DNA from: an uncultured bacterium
Lineage (GTDB): Bacteria; Zhuqueibacterota; QNDG01; DTFT01
Direction: 5' to 3'
Length of the DNA: 64,000 nucleotides
Assembly (NCBI GenBank): GCA_963736115.1
Contig: CAVTNR010000012.1
Location: 224,001-288,000, forward strand
Below are positions 18,065 through 28,202 of this stretch, in pieces (the stretch's first letter is position 1; each line of letters begins with the position of its first letter). Below the pieces are notes generated by a model. It did not search any database and was not told the origin of the DNA. It saw only the letters and a list, made by a program, of their open reading frames with translations. Position numbers and translations under genes: made by a program.

Positions 18065-19423
18065 TTATTGACCCGTAGCCGCCGAACCCTCGGGCAAGTA
18101 AATCCTGAAATTCCCGCTCACGTGCAGAAAGGCCATCAAGTGCAGAAGCCCGTCGTAATAACGGTACTTCCCGTCAGGGACTTTCTGATCCCACAGGGCC
18201 TTCACGAAATCGGCGCGTCCGGGATCGGTCGCGGCCAGGCTCGCGACCGCGTTCGCCGCGACCAGGGCGCCGCTGTTCTCCGCGGAAAGCGGTTTCCCGT
18301 CCAGCGTGTACTGGTTGACATAGCGGTCCATTCCCTTCAACCGGAAAAAGCCCTGGAGCCGGTTGCAGGCCTCGACCTGCCAGGGGTCCTTTGAAAACCA
18401 GGCGTGATCCATGGCGATGTTCATGATCGTGCGAAACGCGTCGAACCGGAAATCCCGGTGCCCTCCGTTCCACAGGTCCGCGGGCGTTCCGTCGAAATGC
18501 GCGTAATCGGGGCTCAGGCCCGTGACCGGGTGGAGCGTTTTCCGGAAAAAGGAACGGCTGGTATCGGCGGCCGCTTTCCAGAATTCATTTTCCTTGTCGG
18601 CCCGGAGCGCCCAGATCTCGTAGAAGGACGGGAGGTGATAGGAGGGATCTGTGATGTCGTCCGCGAATCCCGTGGGCACGAACACCACCTGCTTGTGTTC
18701 GCGGTTGAACATGTTGGTGATGACCGAGTCCTCGTCCGCGGAATCGGCCTTGGACAGCATGGCGTCCAGAATGGCCTGTGCCTCGGCCCTGTAATTGAAG
18801 ATGCCCGCACCGTCGCCCCAGCGGGCGGACGCGAAAAACAGGGCGGTGACGATGTATTCCTCGCCGTCGGACGCGGAATTGGGATCCATCATGGCGCCGT
18901 CCGTCCTGAGCTGCCAGGAGAAGAATCCCTGCCGCGGCCCGGACCGGTGCTGCATATACATACTGGCCCATTTCCAGAGCCTGTCGAATTCCTCTTTTTT
19001 GTCCATCTGCACCGCGATCATCATGCCGTACGACTGACCCTCGCTCCTCACATCCCCGTGAAGGACGTCCAGGATGTAGGCCATGTCCGGACCGACCGGA
19101 TAATAGACAGATTGGCTATCCGCGTCCCCGTGGAAAAGCTGATTCCAGACCGAATCCAATTTCACCTGAACAGCGCCCTGTGGAATCCCGAGCAATTCGG
19201 TGAAGAGATTGGAGTACCGGCCGGTGCGGAAGGCGCCTGCGTCCGTCCTGTCCGAAACGCATGCCAGGAACCCGGCAAGCAGAACAGCCGGTAAAATGAG
19301 AATGAAATGTTTGCAGAATCCGGGATGCAAGGGAGGACTCCTGTCAGGGATGGTTTCACGGATGGTCAGGCCTGCGGATTTCTTCTTGAAATATATGGAT
19401 TTTAACAGGCCTGAAGCAATCAA
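18065..19423 (-). CDS. Glycoside hydrolase family 8 (reducing-end xylose-releasing exo-oligoxylanase-like)
   Basis: DVRSEGQSYGMMIAVQMD, ASDGEEY, TDPSYHLP, FRFDAFR, RYYDGLL; start position uncertain. Confidence 0.88.
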   Translation of the reverse strand: MIASGLLKSIYFKKKSAGLTIRETIPDRSPPLHPGFCKHFILILPAVLLAGFLACVSDRTDAGAFRTGRYSNLFTELLGIPQGAVQVKLDSVWNQLFHGDADSQSVYYPVGPDMAYILDVLHGDVRSEGQSYGMMIAVQMDKKEEFDRLWKWASMYMQHRSGPRQGFFSWQLRTDGAMMDPNSASDGEEYIVTALFFASARWGDGAGIFNYRAEAQAILDAMLSKADSADEDSVITNMFNREHKQVVFVPTGFADDITDPSYHLPSFYEIWALRADKENEFWKAAADTSRSFFRKTLHPVTGLSPDYAHFDGTPADLWNGGHRDFRFDAFRTIMNIAMDHAWFSKDPWQVEACNRLQGFFRLKGMDRYVNQYTLDGKPLSAENSGALVAANAVASLAATDPGRADFVKALWDQKVPDGKYRYYDGLLHLMAFLHVSGNFRIYLPEGSAATGQ

Positions 19424-19522
19424 AAGCGGACCTCCGGAGGGGGGCCTTCGGCCTTCGGGAGGTCCGCACTGTTTCCATCGTCCGCTGTTCGGCGCAACGG
19501 CTCCGAGCGGCCGGCGTCCGCC

Positions 19523-21765
19523 TCACAGCTGAGCGGCGTACCCGATCTTCGCGAATACGGTGCGGTCGGTCTGCAGCAGGGGAATCTCGCTGTCGCCGTA
19601 GGAATTGTCCGAATACCCGAGAAAGAAAACGGTCTGCGGATTGATTTTATAGGACAGCAGAACCTGGGTGAAGAGACCTTCGGTTTTCGATACCGTTTCC
19701 GGGTCGGTATAGAGCAGGGCGTTTTTCTGATATTGCCGGTACTGGACACGGACCTGAGGAACAGGCGTTTGCTGAACTGGTACATGATCCGGAGTCTCTC
19801 GATGTGGGCCGTGTAGAGCCGCCCCCCGTCCACGTCGAGCCGATCCCGATTGTGTTCGATTTCGGTCTGCAGGTGGCGGCCGAGCCGCAATTCCATCCAC
19901 AACCCCAGATTCCCGTTCCGGCCGGGCCGGCAGTTCTCGTAATCGATGAGGTCTCCGAACCTGCCGGAGACCTGAAATGCCGCGAATCCGGAAGGCCGCA
20001 GGAACGCCCACCCATTCACCCAGTTGGCGCGGAAAGACCGGCCCAGGTACCTGTTGCGGCCGATCTCGCCGTACACGCCGGCGCTCGATTGCAGGGGCCC
20101 CTGATAATTGACCCGGCTGGTCACGGCCCGGTGCAGAGCGGTTCCGTTCCAATCGTATTTCTGGTCAACACTGCCGTACAGACTCAGCCAGTTGTACCAG
20201 CTCCCCGGATCGCGTCTCGAGATGAGGGAGCCGCCCGTTTCCGAATACGTGAAACCGGCCTGGGTGATAAAACCAAGATCGGCCCGGAAACCCGGTTCCA
20301 CGCGCCTGAAAAACTGGTACGCCTCCCATGTCCGCGTGCTGTGGCCGTAGTACAGGTGAACGGCGGACGCCCGGAAAGCGTCCCTGCGCTGGCCGTACTC
20401 CGAGGCAATCGTATCCGGATAATCTGTGGACGACCCCGTCACCTGGAACGTCAACTGATCCTTTTGAGTGAACTTCACGTTGCCGTCCACACCCGCGACG
20501 CTGTTTCCGTATCCTCCGCTCCGTCTTTCGGTCATCACCAGGCCGATGTTCGAATTTTTCCCGACATCGGTCCGGTACCGAAGCACCGTTCCCTGGCTCC
20601 CCTCCTTCCGGGTCCCGGAATCGGAACCTTCCGCGCCGGGAAACAGGAAGTTGGTCAGATTGTCCCGGACCGTATAGAAACCGACGGCGTGGCGGCCTTC
20701 CTTTCCCGTGACCTTGACACCCCAATCCGGATCGGCGAGCGTCCGCGTGTATACCAGGCTGAAAGGCGTCTGAAAGAAGTCCGCCCCCTCGAGGAAAAAG
20801 GGTCTTTTTTCGGAATAGTACAGGGCGAACTGCGTGTTGATGTCGAGTTGGAGCGCGTCCGCCTCCACGTTGGAAAAATCCGGATTCGCTGTGACGCCGG
20901 CCGTCAGATTCGGAGTGAACCCCCACTTTGCGGTGAACCCGGGATCCATGCGCTTTTCTTTCTCAATGAACGGACCCGACGTTCCATCCTTCCTTTCCTG
21001 CGTCAGAACGGCCGAGACCGTGGGCGCGAGTTCGATGTTCCGGCCCGGCGTGGCGCCCGCGAATCCGATCAGCTTGAGAGACTGGCACATGTAGCAGTTG
21101 TTGTTCCGGTCGCGTGGGAAGGCGCCGATGTGGTGCCGGACGCTGCGCGGCAGGCTCCGGACCACGTCGAATCCCCAGATCTGATCCTCGTCGGCGCGCT
21201 GGAATCCCAGGGCCCGGAAGGGGATGGCCATTTCCACCACGTATCCGTCCTGCGTCACGCGCCCCGACGATTCCCAGATGGCGTCCCAGTCGTCGCCGCC
21301 GCCCGTCGTGCTTTCGATCATGTCGCCCTGGATCCCCAGGGGATTGCAGGTGAAATCGTACGTCCGGCGCTGGTCATTGAAGGTGTCGAAAAGAATCAGG
21401 ATCCAGTCGTCGTTCCAGATGGCGTCGCGGTCGCACAGGCGGGCACGGATCGCCGAGGGATCGGGATCGAAGCATTTGAATCCGGCGTAAATGGCCGTTT
21501 CGTCATAAACCAGATAAGCTTCGGTTTTGACCGGGGCCGGTATGTTCTCACCGGGTCGGACCTCGATGTCGGCCGGCACCACCAGGGCTTCCGCCCAGAA
21601 AGGCTCGTCCATCACGCCGTCGGCCTTCAGGGCAGCCTCATGAACGCGGGGAATACGCAACGGAGTCTTGGCTTGAACGCTGTCCGAAACGGACTGCGTA
21701 CCCGCAGCGGCCGGAACGAACCGGGCAAGAAACAGGACCACAAAGAATCGTGTCGATCGGGACAT
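19523..21765 (-). pseudogene. CBM9-like/DUF5916 outer-membrane protein, frameshifted near 19747
   Basis: FDTFNDQR, NPLGIQGD, NPDFSNVEAD, EKRPFFLEG, YTRTLADP; the natural C-terminus (LLSYKINPQTVFFLGYSD...FAKIGYA) continues in the 19523..20152 frame; real lesion or sequence error. Confidence 0.8.
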
Positions 21766-21849
21766 GGGATCCTTTCATGGATGGCGTCAGTGGCGGGGGT
21801 TTCTATTGTAAACGGATACGAAAACGGAAGGTTACGTATTTTATAATGT

Positions 21850-21922
21850 CGGACCTCCCGAAGGTCCCGTTTTCGGGAGGTCCGCTTCAAGGCTCCGGGA
21901 GGTTCGGAACCTCCCGGAGCCT
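21850..21922. repeat. Tandem ACCTCCCG...CGGGAGGT palindromes (possible terminator)
   Basis: Two adjacent hairpins, 21850-21884 and 21890-21922; the second closely matches 14993-15029. Confidence 0.7.
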
Positions 21923-21932
21923 GATACGGACA

Positions 21933-22736
21933 TTATTCCGGCATCGCCGCGAGCTTTCCGTTCAGGTAAACCGCGCGGCAAAGATCTTTCGGCAGCATGC
22001 CCGACAGCTTTACGAGCGCCTCTTTGGACCCGTCGTGATGCACCGGCACGATCAGTATCGCTTTGGAAAGCGCGGCCAGCTTGACCGCTCCTTCCGAGTT
22101 TCCGCCGCATCCCCAAAGCAGAGGGAATATCACGTCCGCTTTCAGTTTCGCCGCATCTTCGGTCGGCCCCGTGTCACCGGTGACGTAATACCGGCCGCCG
22201 TTGATCCGCAGGACGTATCCGGCCCAGCCGGACGCTTTCGGGTGATGATCCCCATCCGTGAAATAGGCGGGAACCGTTTCGAATTCGACACCCGCCAGTT
22301 TTGCGGTCTTGTTCAACGCCACTTCCCGCATGGAATCGAAACCCTTCTCCTTCGCGGCCCGGACCGCGTCCGCGGGTCCCGCGACGATCACTTTGGGATT
22401 CAGCTTCACGTACGCTCGGAGAACGTCCGGGTTCAGGTGGTCGCCGTGCGGGTGGGTGATCAGAATGAGATCCGGCTTCATGGCGCCGAGAGAGGCGACG
22501 AGCGAATCCTCGGGACCGGACATCGGGTCCACGAATATCGTCTTCTTGTCCTTTGTCTGAAACCGGATGTCATTGTCCGTGAGATGAACGATTCCCTTGA
22601 GCAGTTTCCCGGCCTTCGGGCATGCCTTTGCTTTCTCACAGGCCTTGTCGCCGCCGCAGGATTCGCCCGCGGCCGCCCACCCGGTCCATACGAGAATCAG
22701 ACCGGTCAACAGCATGGAAATGAGTCGAGTGCGCAT
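21933..22736 (-). CDS. Secreted MBL-fold metallo-hydrolase
   Basis: Signal peptide; ILITHPHGDH, YYVTGDT, VPVHH; AAAAGGAG RBS. Confidence 0.85.
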   Translation of the reverse strand: MRTRLISMLLTGLILVWTGWAAAGESCGGDKACEKAKACPKAGKLLKGIVHLTDNDIRFQTKDKKTIFVDPMSGPEDSLVASLGAMKPDLILITHPHGDHLNPDVLRAYVKLNPKVIVAGPADAVRAAKEKGFDSMREVALNKTAKLAGVEFETVPAYFTDGDHHPKASGWAGYVLRINGGRYYVTGDTGPTEDAAKLKADVIFPLLWGCGGNSEGAVKLAALSKAILIVPVHHDGSKEALVKLSGMLPKDLCRAVYLNGKLAAMPE

Positions 22737-22952
22737 GTTTTTTCTCCTTTTCTTTTCGCTGAAATGGACCAATTGAACGCACAACCGGTTCCGGTTTACG
22801 AAAGCCGCGGCCGCAGACCTTCGATCCGGATACCCGGACCTGATAAATTTTCAATCATGGCCGTCGGGCGATGGGTTCGATACCACCGCGGTCAGTCTGA
22901 AAACCGCCCTGTTCGGCCGCCCGTCCGCGGGAGGTCGGCCGGGACCTCGGAG

Positions 22953-24491
22953 TTATTGGTTGCCCTTCTCCGGACAGCTGACAGCCGACTCGGGGACCGC
23001 CTGTCTCGGCAGTCCGTCCGCCTCATATTCCACTTTCAGGCCGAATCCGCCGTCCTTCTGAAAATAGGAAATCGTGAACCGGTGCAATCCCTTCTCCAGA
23101 TACGCTTTGCCGGATTGACCGACCATGTCATGCAGGCCGTCGTTCGATACGACGGTCTGACCGCCGATGTCGAGCCGGCTGCCGTCGTCCGACGTCAGAT
23201 GGAAGCGGTATACGCCTGTTTTGGGAACTTCCAGATATCCGGTGTACGTCATGGCGAAATGGATATCCCTCCTCCGCTCCTTCATTTCAGCGTCGCGGGT
23301 GATTCCGGTTTTAACCGGAATCCAGGCGGACGCGTCCGGCAGCAGGTCCCAGTTTCCCTCGCCGTAAGCGTACCGCAGGCCGGGCGTCAATTTGGGCGTT
23401 TTCGTTTCAGCCTTCAGCCTGGGAAGGACGCGGAGGGTCAGGGAATCCGCGGTTCCCGGAATTCCATAGCCGAACACCGGCACGGCCTTGATCTTCAACG
23501 GCTGTGTCACGATCAGGGGTTTCTCATAGAGAGCCGATTTTTCGGAAGGATCCGATCCGTCCAGCGTATACCGGATGTCGCGTCCCTCGCCCGACAATTT
23601 CACGGTCACCGTGTCCCCGTCCTTCAGGAGATCGCCTTCGGTCTCGAATCGCGCCGGTGCGGAACGCCAGTCCGAAAAGGTGAATTTAAGCCCGTCGTAT
23701 GTGCTTTTATAGGAGATGGTGCCGTGAATCTCGTTCAGGTACTCGTCGAACCGCCAGGCCAGACCCTTCGGCGCGTGCTGTTTCAGAATCTCCGCGAGCG
23801 CGTTCACGCCCATACCCGGTCCCTCGTTTGCCACGGTCACGTACAGAACCTTGCGGAGCTCGGCCTTCGCTTTCAGAAAGGCTTCCGTTCTTTTCAGCAT
23901 GAGCCCGTTGTGCCACCACATGCTGGGGCTCAGCGTCAGGAAGGCGTCGAAGAGCTCCGGTTCGCTCAGAAACGCGTGCATGACGAAAACGCCCCCGTAC
24001 GAAGTCCCGGCCAGCACGCGCCGGGGAAGTGTTCTGTACCGGCCATCCACGAAGGGGATGAGTTCGTCCCGGATGAATGCCAGAAGCGAATCCGCGCCCC
24101 CTCCGGTCCTGGTGTTCGGATCCCTTTCGGGCAGAAGGTAAAAGTCACGGCGCTCGCCCGTGTGAACGGCCACGACGATCATCGGAGGAATCACGCCGTT
24201 GCCCGAAAGCGCCCCCGCGGCCAATCCACTCTGGTTGAAATTCCACTGGCCGTCGACAGCGACGAAAACCGGGTACCGCCGGTTGGATTCCGTCTCGTAA
24301 CCGGCGGGCAGGGAGATATAGACCGTACGGTCATTGCCGCAGGCCTTCGAGCGGAGGGTGTACTGCTGACCGATGATCACGGGACTGGACTTCAGCGTGT
24401 CCGCGGGCGCCTGGCCGGCACGGGCCGATGTGCCGGCTGAAAGACAGGCAGCCATGACCCAGACGGGGATGGTTCGAATCCGGTTTTTCAT
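22953..24491 (-). CDS. Secreted alpha/beta-hydrolase (IroE-like esterase) with FN3-associated and PA14 domains
   Basis: YISLPAGY, LAGTSYGG nucleophile, LSPSMWW; IRYTLDGSDP; SDDGSRL...NDGLH (PA14). Confidence 0.85.
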   Translation of the reverse strand: MKNRIRTIPVWVMAACLSAGTSARAGQAPADTLKSSPVIIGQQYTLRSKACGNDRTVYISLPAGYETESNRRYPVFVAVDGQWNFNQSGLAAGALSGNGVIPPMIVVAVHTGERRDFYLLPERDPNTRTGGGADSLLAFIRDELIPFVDGRYRTLPRRVLAGTSYGGVFVMHAFLSEPELFDAFLTLSPSMWWHNGLMLKRTEAFLKAKAELRKVLYVTVANEGPGMGVNALAEILKQHAPKGLAWRFDEYLNEIHGTISYKSTYDGLKFTFSDWRSAPARFETEGDLLKDGDTVTVKLSGEGRDIRYTLDGSDPSEKSALYEKPLIVTQPLKIKAVPVFGYGIPGTADSLTLRVLPRLKAETKTPKLTPGLRYAYGEGNWDLLPDASAWIPVKTGITRDAEMKERRRDIHFAMTYTGYLEVPKTGVYRFHLTSDDGSRLDIGGQTVVSNDGLHDMVGQSGKAYLEKGLHRFTISYFQKDGGFGLKVEYEADGLPRQAVPESAVSCPEKGNQ

Positions 24492-24811
24492 CTTTTCTCC
24501 TTTTATCCGCGTTCAGATGGAGGGACCCGGGTCTGGAACAGCCTCGGTCTCGTAGAGTCCGGTCATTGTCCAGAGCGTCCCACATAGTGGATTACGAGCC
24601 CGCAGGTTGGAAGGTTTCGACATGAATTCGGACTCGCCATCCAGAGACGGAACAGGAGGATCCGCCTGGAAACCTCATATTTCATCCATGGGACTATCCG
24701 TTCACGGGTTGAGTCGGCTGAAATGCCTTCTTCCTGATCTTCCTGATAATTCCAGCGTTCACCAGGCAAACGTCTTTATCAAAGCCACGAAGAAATGATC
24801 CCATTACGAAG

Positions 24812-24824
24812 ACTACAATGTAGT
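24812..24824. promoter_or_regulatory. Putative second BlaI-type operator
   Basis: ACTACAATGTAGT palindrome, 12/13 identical to the site at the blaI promoter. Confidence 0.55.
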
Positions 24825-24884
24825 TTCCCTCGATAAAAAAATCCCCTCGCAGGATGCGGAAGCCGCCTGATCCGGCGCCTGGGA

Positions 24885-26369
24885 TCAGGGTTTGACGACT
24901 TTTCGCGTCAGCTGCCTGGGGAGAGTGAGAAACGATTCCGGATCCTGAACGATTCCGTGCTTCAAAACCTCGAAGTGCAGGCAGGACCTCGTCCGTCCGA
25001 TGACCTGCCCCATTTCGACCGTTGAGCCGGGCCGGACAGCCAGGCATTGGATATGAAGGTAACGCGTGCGCCATCCCTGGCCGTGATCAACCGTGACCTC
25101 GCTGAATTGCGGAAAAATCTCGTCCGTTCCGCATGAGATCACCCGTCCCGCGGCCGCGGCCAGAACCGTGCAGGGTTTCCCGCCTCTTCCGATGTCCACG
25201 CCGTTGTGATCATACCAGCCGTTCCCGTCCCAATCCCGTCCGCATTGCAGACTGAGAACGCCCCCCGGCACAGGCGGATCAAGCTGGATTTCAGCAACAA
25301 CGGCCGCTTCCGCGAGCCTCGCCATGGGAAGCGCGAACATCGCGAAAACCGCTAAAATCGCCAGGGAGAACGCGGTCCGCCCCCTGCCTGAAAACGCAGG
25401 ACGCTGGATATTTCTCAGCCGCTGGATCATCCGGGTCTTCTCGTCCGCGAAGCGCGGCAGGAGGACCAGGTCGTCGGACGGTTCCAGCCGCATCCGGACG
25501 GTCTCGAGCAAGGCGGTTCCGTACCGCTTGCCGGACATCAACCGCTTCGCCAGCACGGACGCGTCGCGGGACTCTTCGCGAAGCTGGTGCACCTGACGCC
25601 CGGCCAGCCAGACGACGGGATTGAAAAAATAAACGATCTGGACGAGGTTCTGGAGCCGGATCCAGAGATCGTCCCAGTGGCGGACATGGGCCATCTCATG
25701 GGCGATTACGGGTTCGATCGTCCGCTCCGGATCGCTTTTCCGCATGCAGGAGGGCAGGACGATCACGGGACGCAGAATGCCCACGGTAAAAGGCGAAATC
25801 CGGCACGGCCCGAAGGCGAGACGCACCTGCCGCCGGACGCGGAACAGGGTTTGCCATTTCGCCAGAATTTCCAGAAGCCGGACGTCGCGGCAGGATTCCG
25901 CCTCCCAGGCCATTCGCTCGTATTTTTTCAGACGCGTGGCGTATGTCGCGGCCGCGGCGAGCAGGCCCGACAGCCAGGCGAAAAACAGGACGGCGTGCAA
26001 AGTCTGGAACCCGTTTTTCCTCGGGGTCACGCCGGCTTCGACGTGAACAACGGCCGGCGGGGGGGCCGGTTTCAGGGTTTCTGGAACAGTCGCTGAAACG
26101 GCCACAGTCGCCGCGGCCGGGCGTCTCAGTACGGATTCGATCAGCATGCGTCCTGAAAAAGGCGCGGCCAGGTCCGCGGGAAGCAGAAGGCGGACGAACA
26201 CCAGGGACCACAAACCCGCTGCCAGCAGGCGGCACCTGCGGCCGCAGATCAGGGTCAGCGGGAGCACGACCGCGAACAGTACCGCAGAGAATACGGCCTG
26301 CGAGCCCAGGAATCCGACGACCGCGGAAGGCCATCGGACGGCCGCCACGGCCCATGATCCAAAGATCAT
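24885..26369 (-). CDS. BlaR1-like M56 peptidase fused to an M23 domain
   Basis: RLLLP, SPFTVGILRPVIVLP, AHEMAH, YFFNPVVW; C-terminal HNGVD, YLH, LHFEV. Confidence 0.88.
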   Translation of the reverse strand: MIFGSWAVAAVRWPSAVVGFLGSQAVFSAVLFAVVLPLTLICGRRCRLLAAGLWSLVFVRLLLPADLAAPFSGRMLIESVLRRPAAATVAVSATVPETLKPAPPPAVVHVEAGVTPRKNGFQTLHAVLFFAWLSGLLAAAATYATRLKKYERMAWEAESCRDVRLLEILAKWQTLFRVRRQVRLAFGPCRISPFTVGILRPVIVLPSCMRKSDPERTIEPVIAHEMAHVRHWDDLWIRLQNLVQIVYFFNPVVWLAGRQVHQLREESRDASVLAKRLMSGKRYGTALLETVRMRLEPSDDLVLLPRFADEKTRMIQRLRNIQRPAFSGRGRTAFSLAILAVFAMFALPMARLAEAAVVAEIQLDPPVPGGVLSLQCGRDWDGNGWYDHNGVDIGRGGKPCTVLAAAAGRVISCGTDEIFPQFSEVTVDHGQGWRTRYLHIQCLAVRPGSTVEMGQVIGRTRSCLHFEVLKHGIVQDPESFLTLPRQLTRKVVKP

Positions 26370-26743
26370 TCCGATTCCTCCCGGTCCAAAAGCTTTTTCA
26401 ACTCCTCGATCTCATCCTCCGTGAGCCCCTTGGTCCCGGAGAACATGGCGACCACGGTGTCGGTATCCGTCTCAAGCACCCGGTCCGCGAAGAACCGCAC
26501 CATTTTCGTAAGACCCTCCGGCCTGGAAATCAGCGGCCTGTAGACGTACACGCCCCCGGATTCTTTTCTGGACAGCAGTTTTTTGCGTTCCATCCGGTCC
26601 ATCATGGTGCGGACCGTGGTGAGGGCCCAGCCCTGGCTGTGGCGGAGGCTGTCATGCACTTCGCGCACGGATCTCTCCCCGTGCTTCCACAGCACCCGGA
26701 GAATGTCATATTCGGCTTTGGTGAGATCCGGAATCTTTTTCAT
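26366..26743 (-). CDS. BlaI/MecI/CopY-family repressor
   Basis: LTKAEYDILRVLW, WALTTVRTMMDRMERK, YVYRPLISR; overlaps the M56 gene start. Confidence 0.92.
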   Translation of the reverse strand: MKKIPDLTKAEYDILRVLWKHGERSVREVHDSLRHSQGWALTTVRTMMDRMERKKLLSRKESGGVYVYRPLISRPEGLTKMVRFFADRVLETDTDTVVAMFSGTKGLTEDEIEELKKLLDREESE

Positions 26744-26773
26744 TCGGCACAACGCTCCGCATGGGCAGGTATC

Positions 26774-26819
26774 TAACTACAACGTAGTTAATATACGTTC
26801 TGAAAGTCGGATGGTCAAG
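26774..26819 (-). promoter_or_regulatory. blaI promoter with adjoining operator
   Basis: Minus strand TTGACC-17 nt-TATATT followed directly by the palindrome TAACTAC-N3-GTAGTTA (26774-26790), resembling MecI/BlaI ACTACA...TGTAGT boxes. Confidence 0.8.
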
Positions 26820-26959
26820 TCACAAGATGTAAAAAAAATGTATCCGGGAACGGGTTTTAAAAAAACAGAAACCTCCCGCCGGCTTCACCTGCCTGCAGGA
26901 GGTTCATGATACAACCCCGGGGTCGACCCCGGGATTCGTCCGGTTTTCTAAAAACCCGT

Positions 26960-27325
26960 CTATTCCAGCCCGGCCAGAAAGTCCAGGGCTTCCTCGCGCG
27001 AGGAGCAGACCTTGAAATCCCGTCCGCCGACACGCTGAACGGCCTGAAGGGCAATGGTCAGAAGTCCCGAGATGCCGACGACTGTAGCATATTTGACGTG
27101 GGGCGTGTTTTTTTTCACGAAATCACCCAGCGCGGTGAGCGCCTCCATGTCGAAATTCGCGTCTGTTGCGTCAAAAAGCGCCAGAACGGATTTCAGGGGT
27201 TGGGACCGGATGGCCAGTGCGGCCTTCTCCAATGTCTGTTGGAATTCCTCCCCCGGCTTGACTTCCGAGAAGTCTTCAAGCAGAATGTTCTTCCCCTTAT
27301 GCTCGATGAACCGGATTCTTTCCAT
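26960..27325 (-). CDS. Hypothetical SpoIIAA/STAS-like small protein
   Basis: MERIRFIEHKGKNILLEDFS...ATVVGISGL...SREEALDFL; GGAGG RBS. Confidence 0.75.
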   Translation of the reverse strand: MERIRFIEHKGKNILLEDFSEVKPGEEFQQTLEKAALAIRSQPLKSVLALFDATDANFDMEALTALGDFVKKNTPHVKYATVVGISGLLTIALQAVQRVGGRDFKVCSSREEALDFLAGLE

Positions 27326-27508
27326 ATCAAGACCTCCCGACTTCGGATGAGCGTTGCTCCGTATCTCGTCCCGCTCCGTATAAGATAATCATTTCGCACA
27401 CTCCGTACAAGTACGAAACCTGAGGAACAGTCGATGTGCCCGGTCCTCATCCCCGGACCGCCCGGCCGCGAATTGCCGTCGCGGCCGGGATTCGGGGAAC
27501 CACCGTTT

Positions 27509-28039
27509 TCAGTTCCGGCTCTTGATGCCGGTGAGTTCCTTGACGGCCTCAACGTCCGTCCTGGTTCTCACCTCCACGCCCAAGCCCCGGCCCTCGGCGT
27601 ATTTTCTGGATTCGCGCAATTCCTGCTTCAGGCGTTCCGGAAGCCGGCTCCGCATGATTTCCTCAGTCGCCTTTTCTCCGAACGTGAATCCCGCCATGAA
27701 TCCGCCTTCGCGGGGAACGAAGAAGAACAGGTTCCGCTTCCCGCAAAGAACCTTCATGCTCCATCCGTTTTTGACGCCATAAAACTTCCATTCCTCGACA
27801 ATGGGCGGATCGGTCGCGGCCAGATGGGACCGGAGTTCCTCCCACAACCCCATGGTTTTCCCCAGCATTTTCCGGAGCAGAACGTCGTCCGGCTTCCTGG
27901 ATCCGTCGTGCATGGGGTCCGGAGGCACCTCGGGTTTCGATGCGGGCTTCGCACGGACGGGTTTGCGCGCTTTTGCGGTTGTCGCGGATCGGGTCTTCGT
28001 CCGGCTCCTGTTTTTCACGCCGCTTCGTTTTTCAGGCAC
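27509..28039 (-). CDS. DUF3788 family protein
   Basis: EEWKFYGVKNGWSMK, KRNLFF, RKYAEGRG; start uncertain (GTG at 28039 after AAGGGG). Confidence 0.75.
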   Translation of the reverse strand: MPEKRSGVKNRSRTKTRSATTAKARKPVRAKPASKPEVPPDPMHDGSRKPDDVLLRKMLGKTMGLWEELRSHLAATDPPIVEEWKFYGVKNGWSMKVLCGKRNLFFFVPREGGFMAGFTFGEKATEEIMRSRLPERLKQELRESRKYAEGRGLGVEVRTRTDVEAVKELTGIKSRN

Positions 28040-28056
28040 TGGAGGATCCCCTTTCT

Positions 28057-28198
28057 CGCTTTGCGCTTTGCGCTTTGCGCTTTGCGCTTTGCGCATCGAA
28101 CCAGAAACCTTCTCTCAAGCGCAGCCTGAAGGCTGCGGCTACCAAAAACTTACGTTCTTTGCTTTCAACCCGGAACCCGGAACTCGAAACACGGAACC
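28057..28198. repeat. Heptamer repeats flanking a GTAG-type REP
   Basis: (CGCTTTG)5 at 28057-28094; GCGCAGCCTGAAGGCTGCGGCTAC at 28119-28142; (AACCCGG)-like x4 at 28167-28198. Confidence 0.8.
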
Positions 28199-28202
28199 TT
28201 TT

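Noticed and set aside
22858-22895. GGTTCGATACC resembling a tRNA T-arm or att remnant
   Set aside because: The T-stem does not pair properly, and there is no acceptor stem, CCA end or integrase.
21750-24440. 896-aa plus-strand ORF and many other long antisense ORFs (e.g. 6191..8107, 19804..21846, 3545..5119)
   Set aside because: Shadow ORFs opposite well-supported genes in high-GC DNA, with no recognisable motifs.
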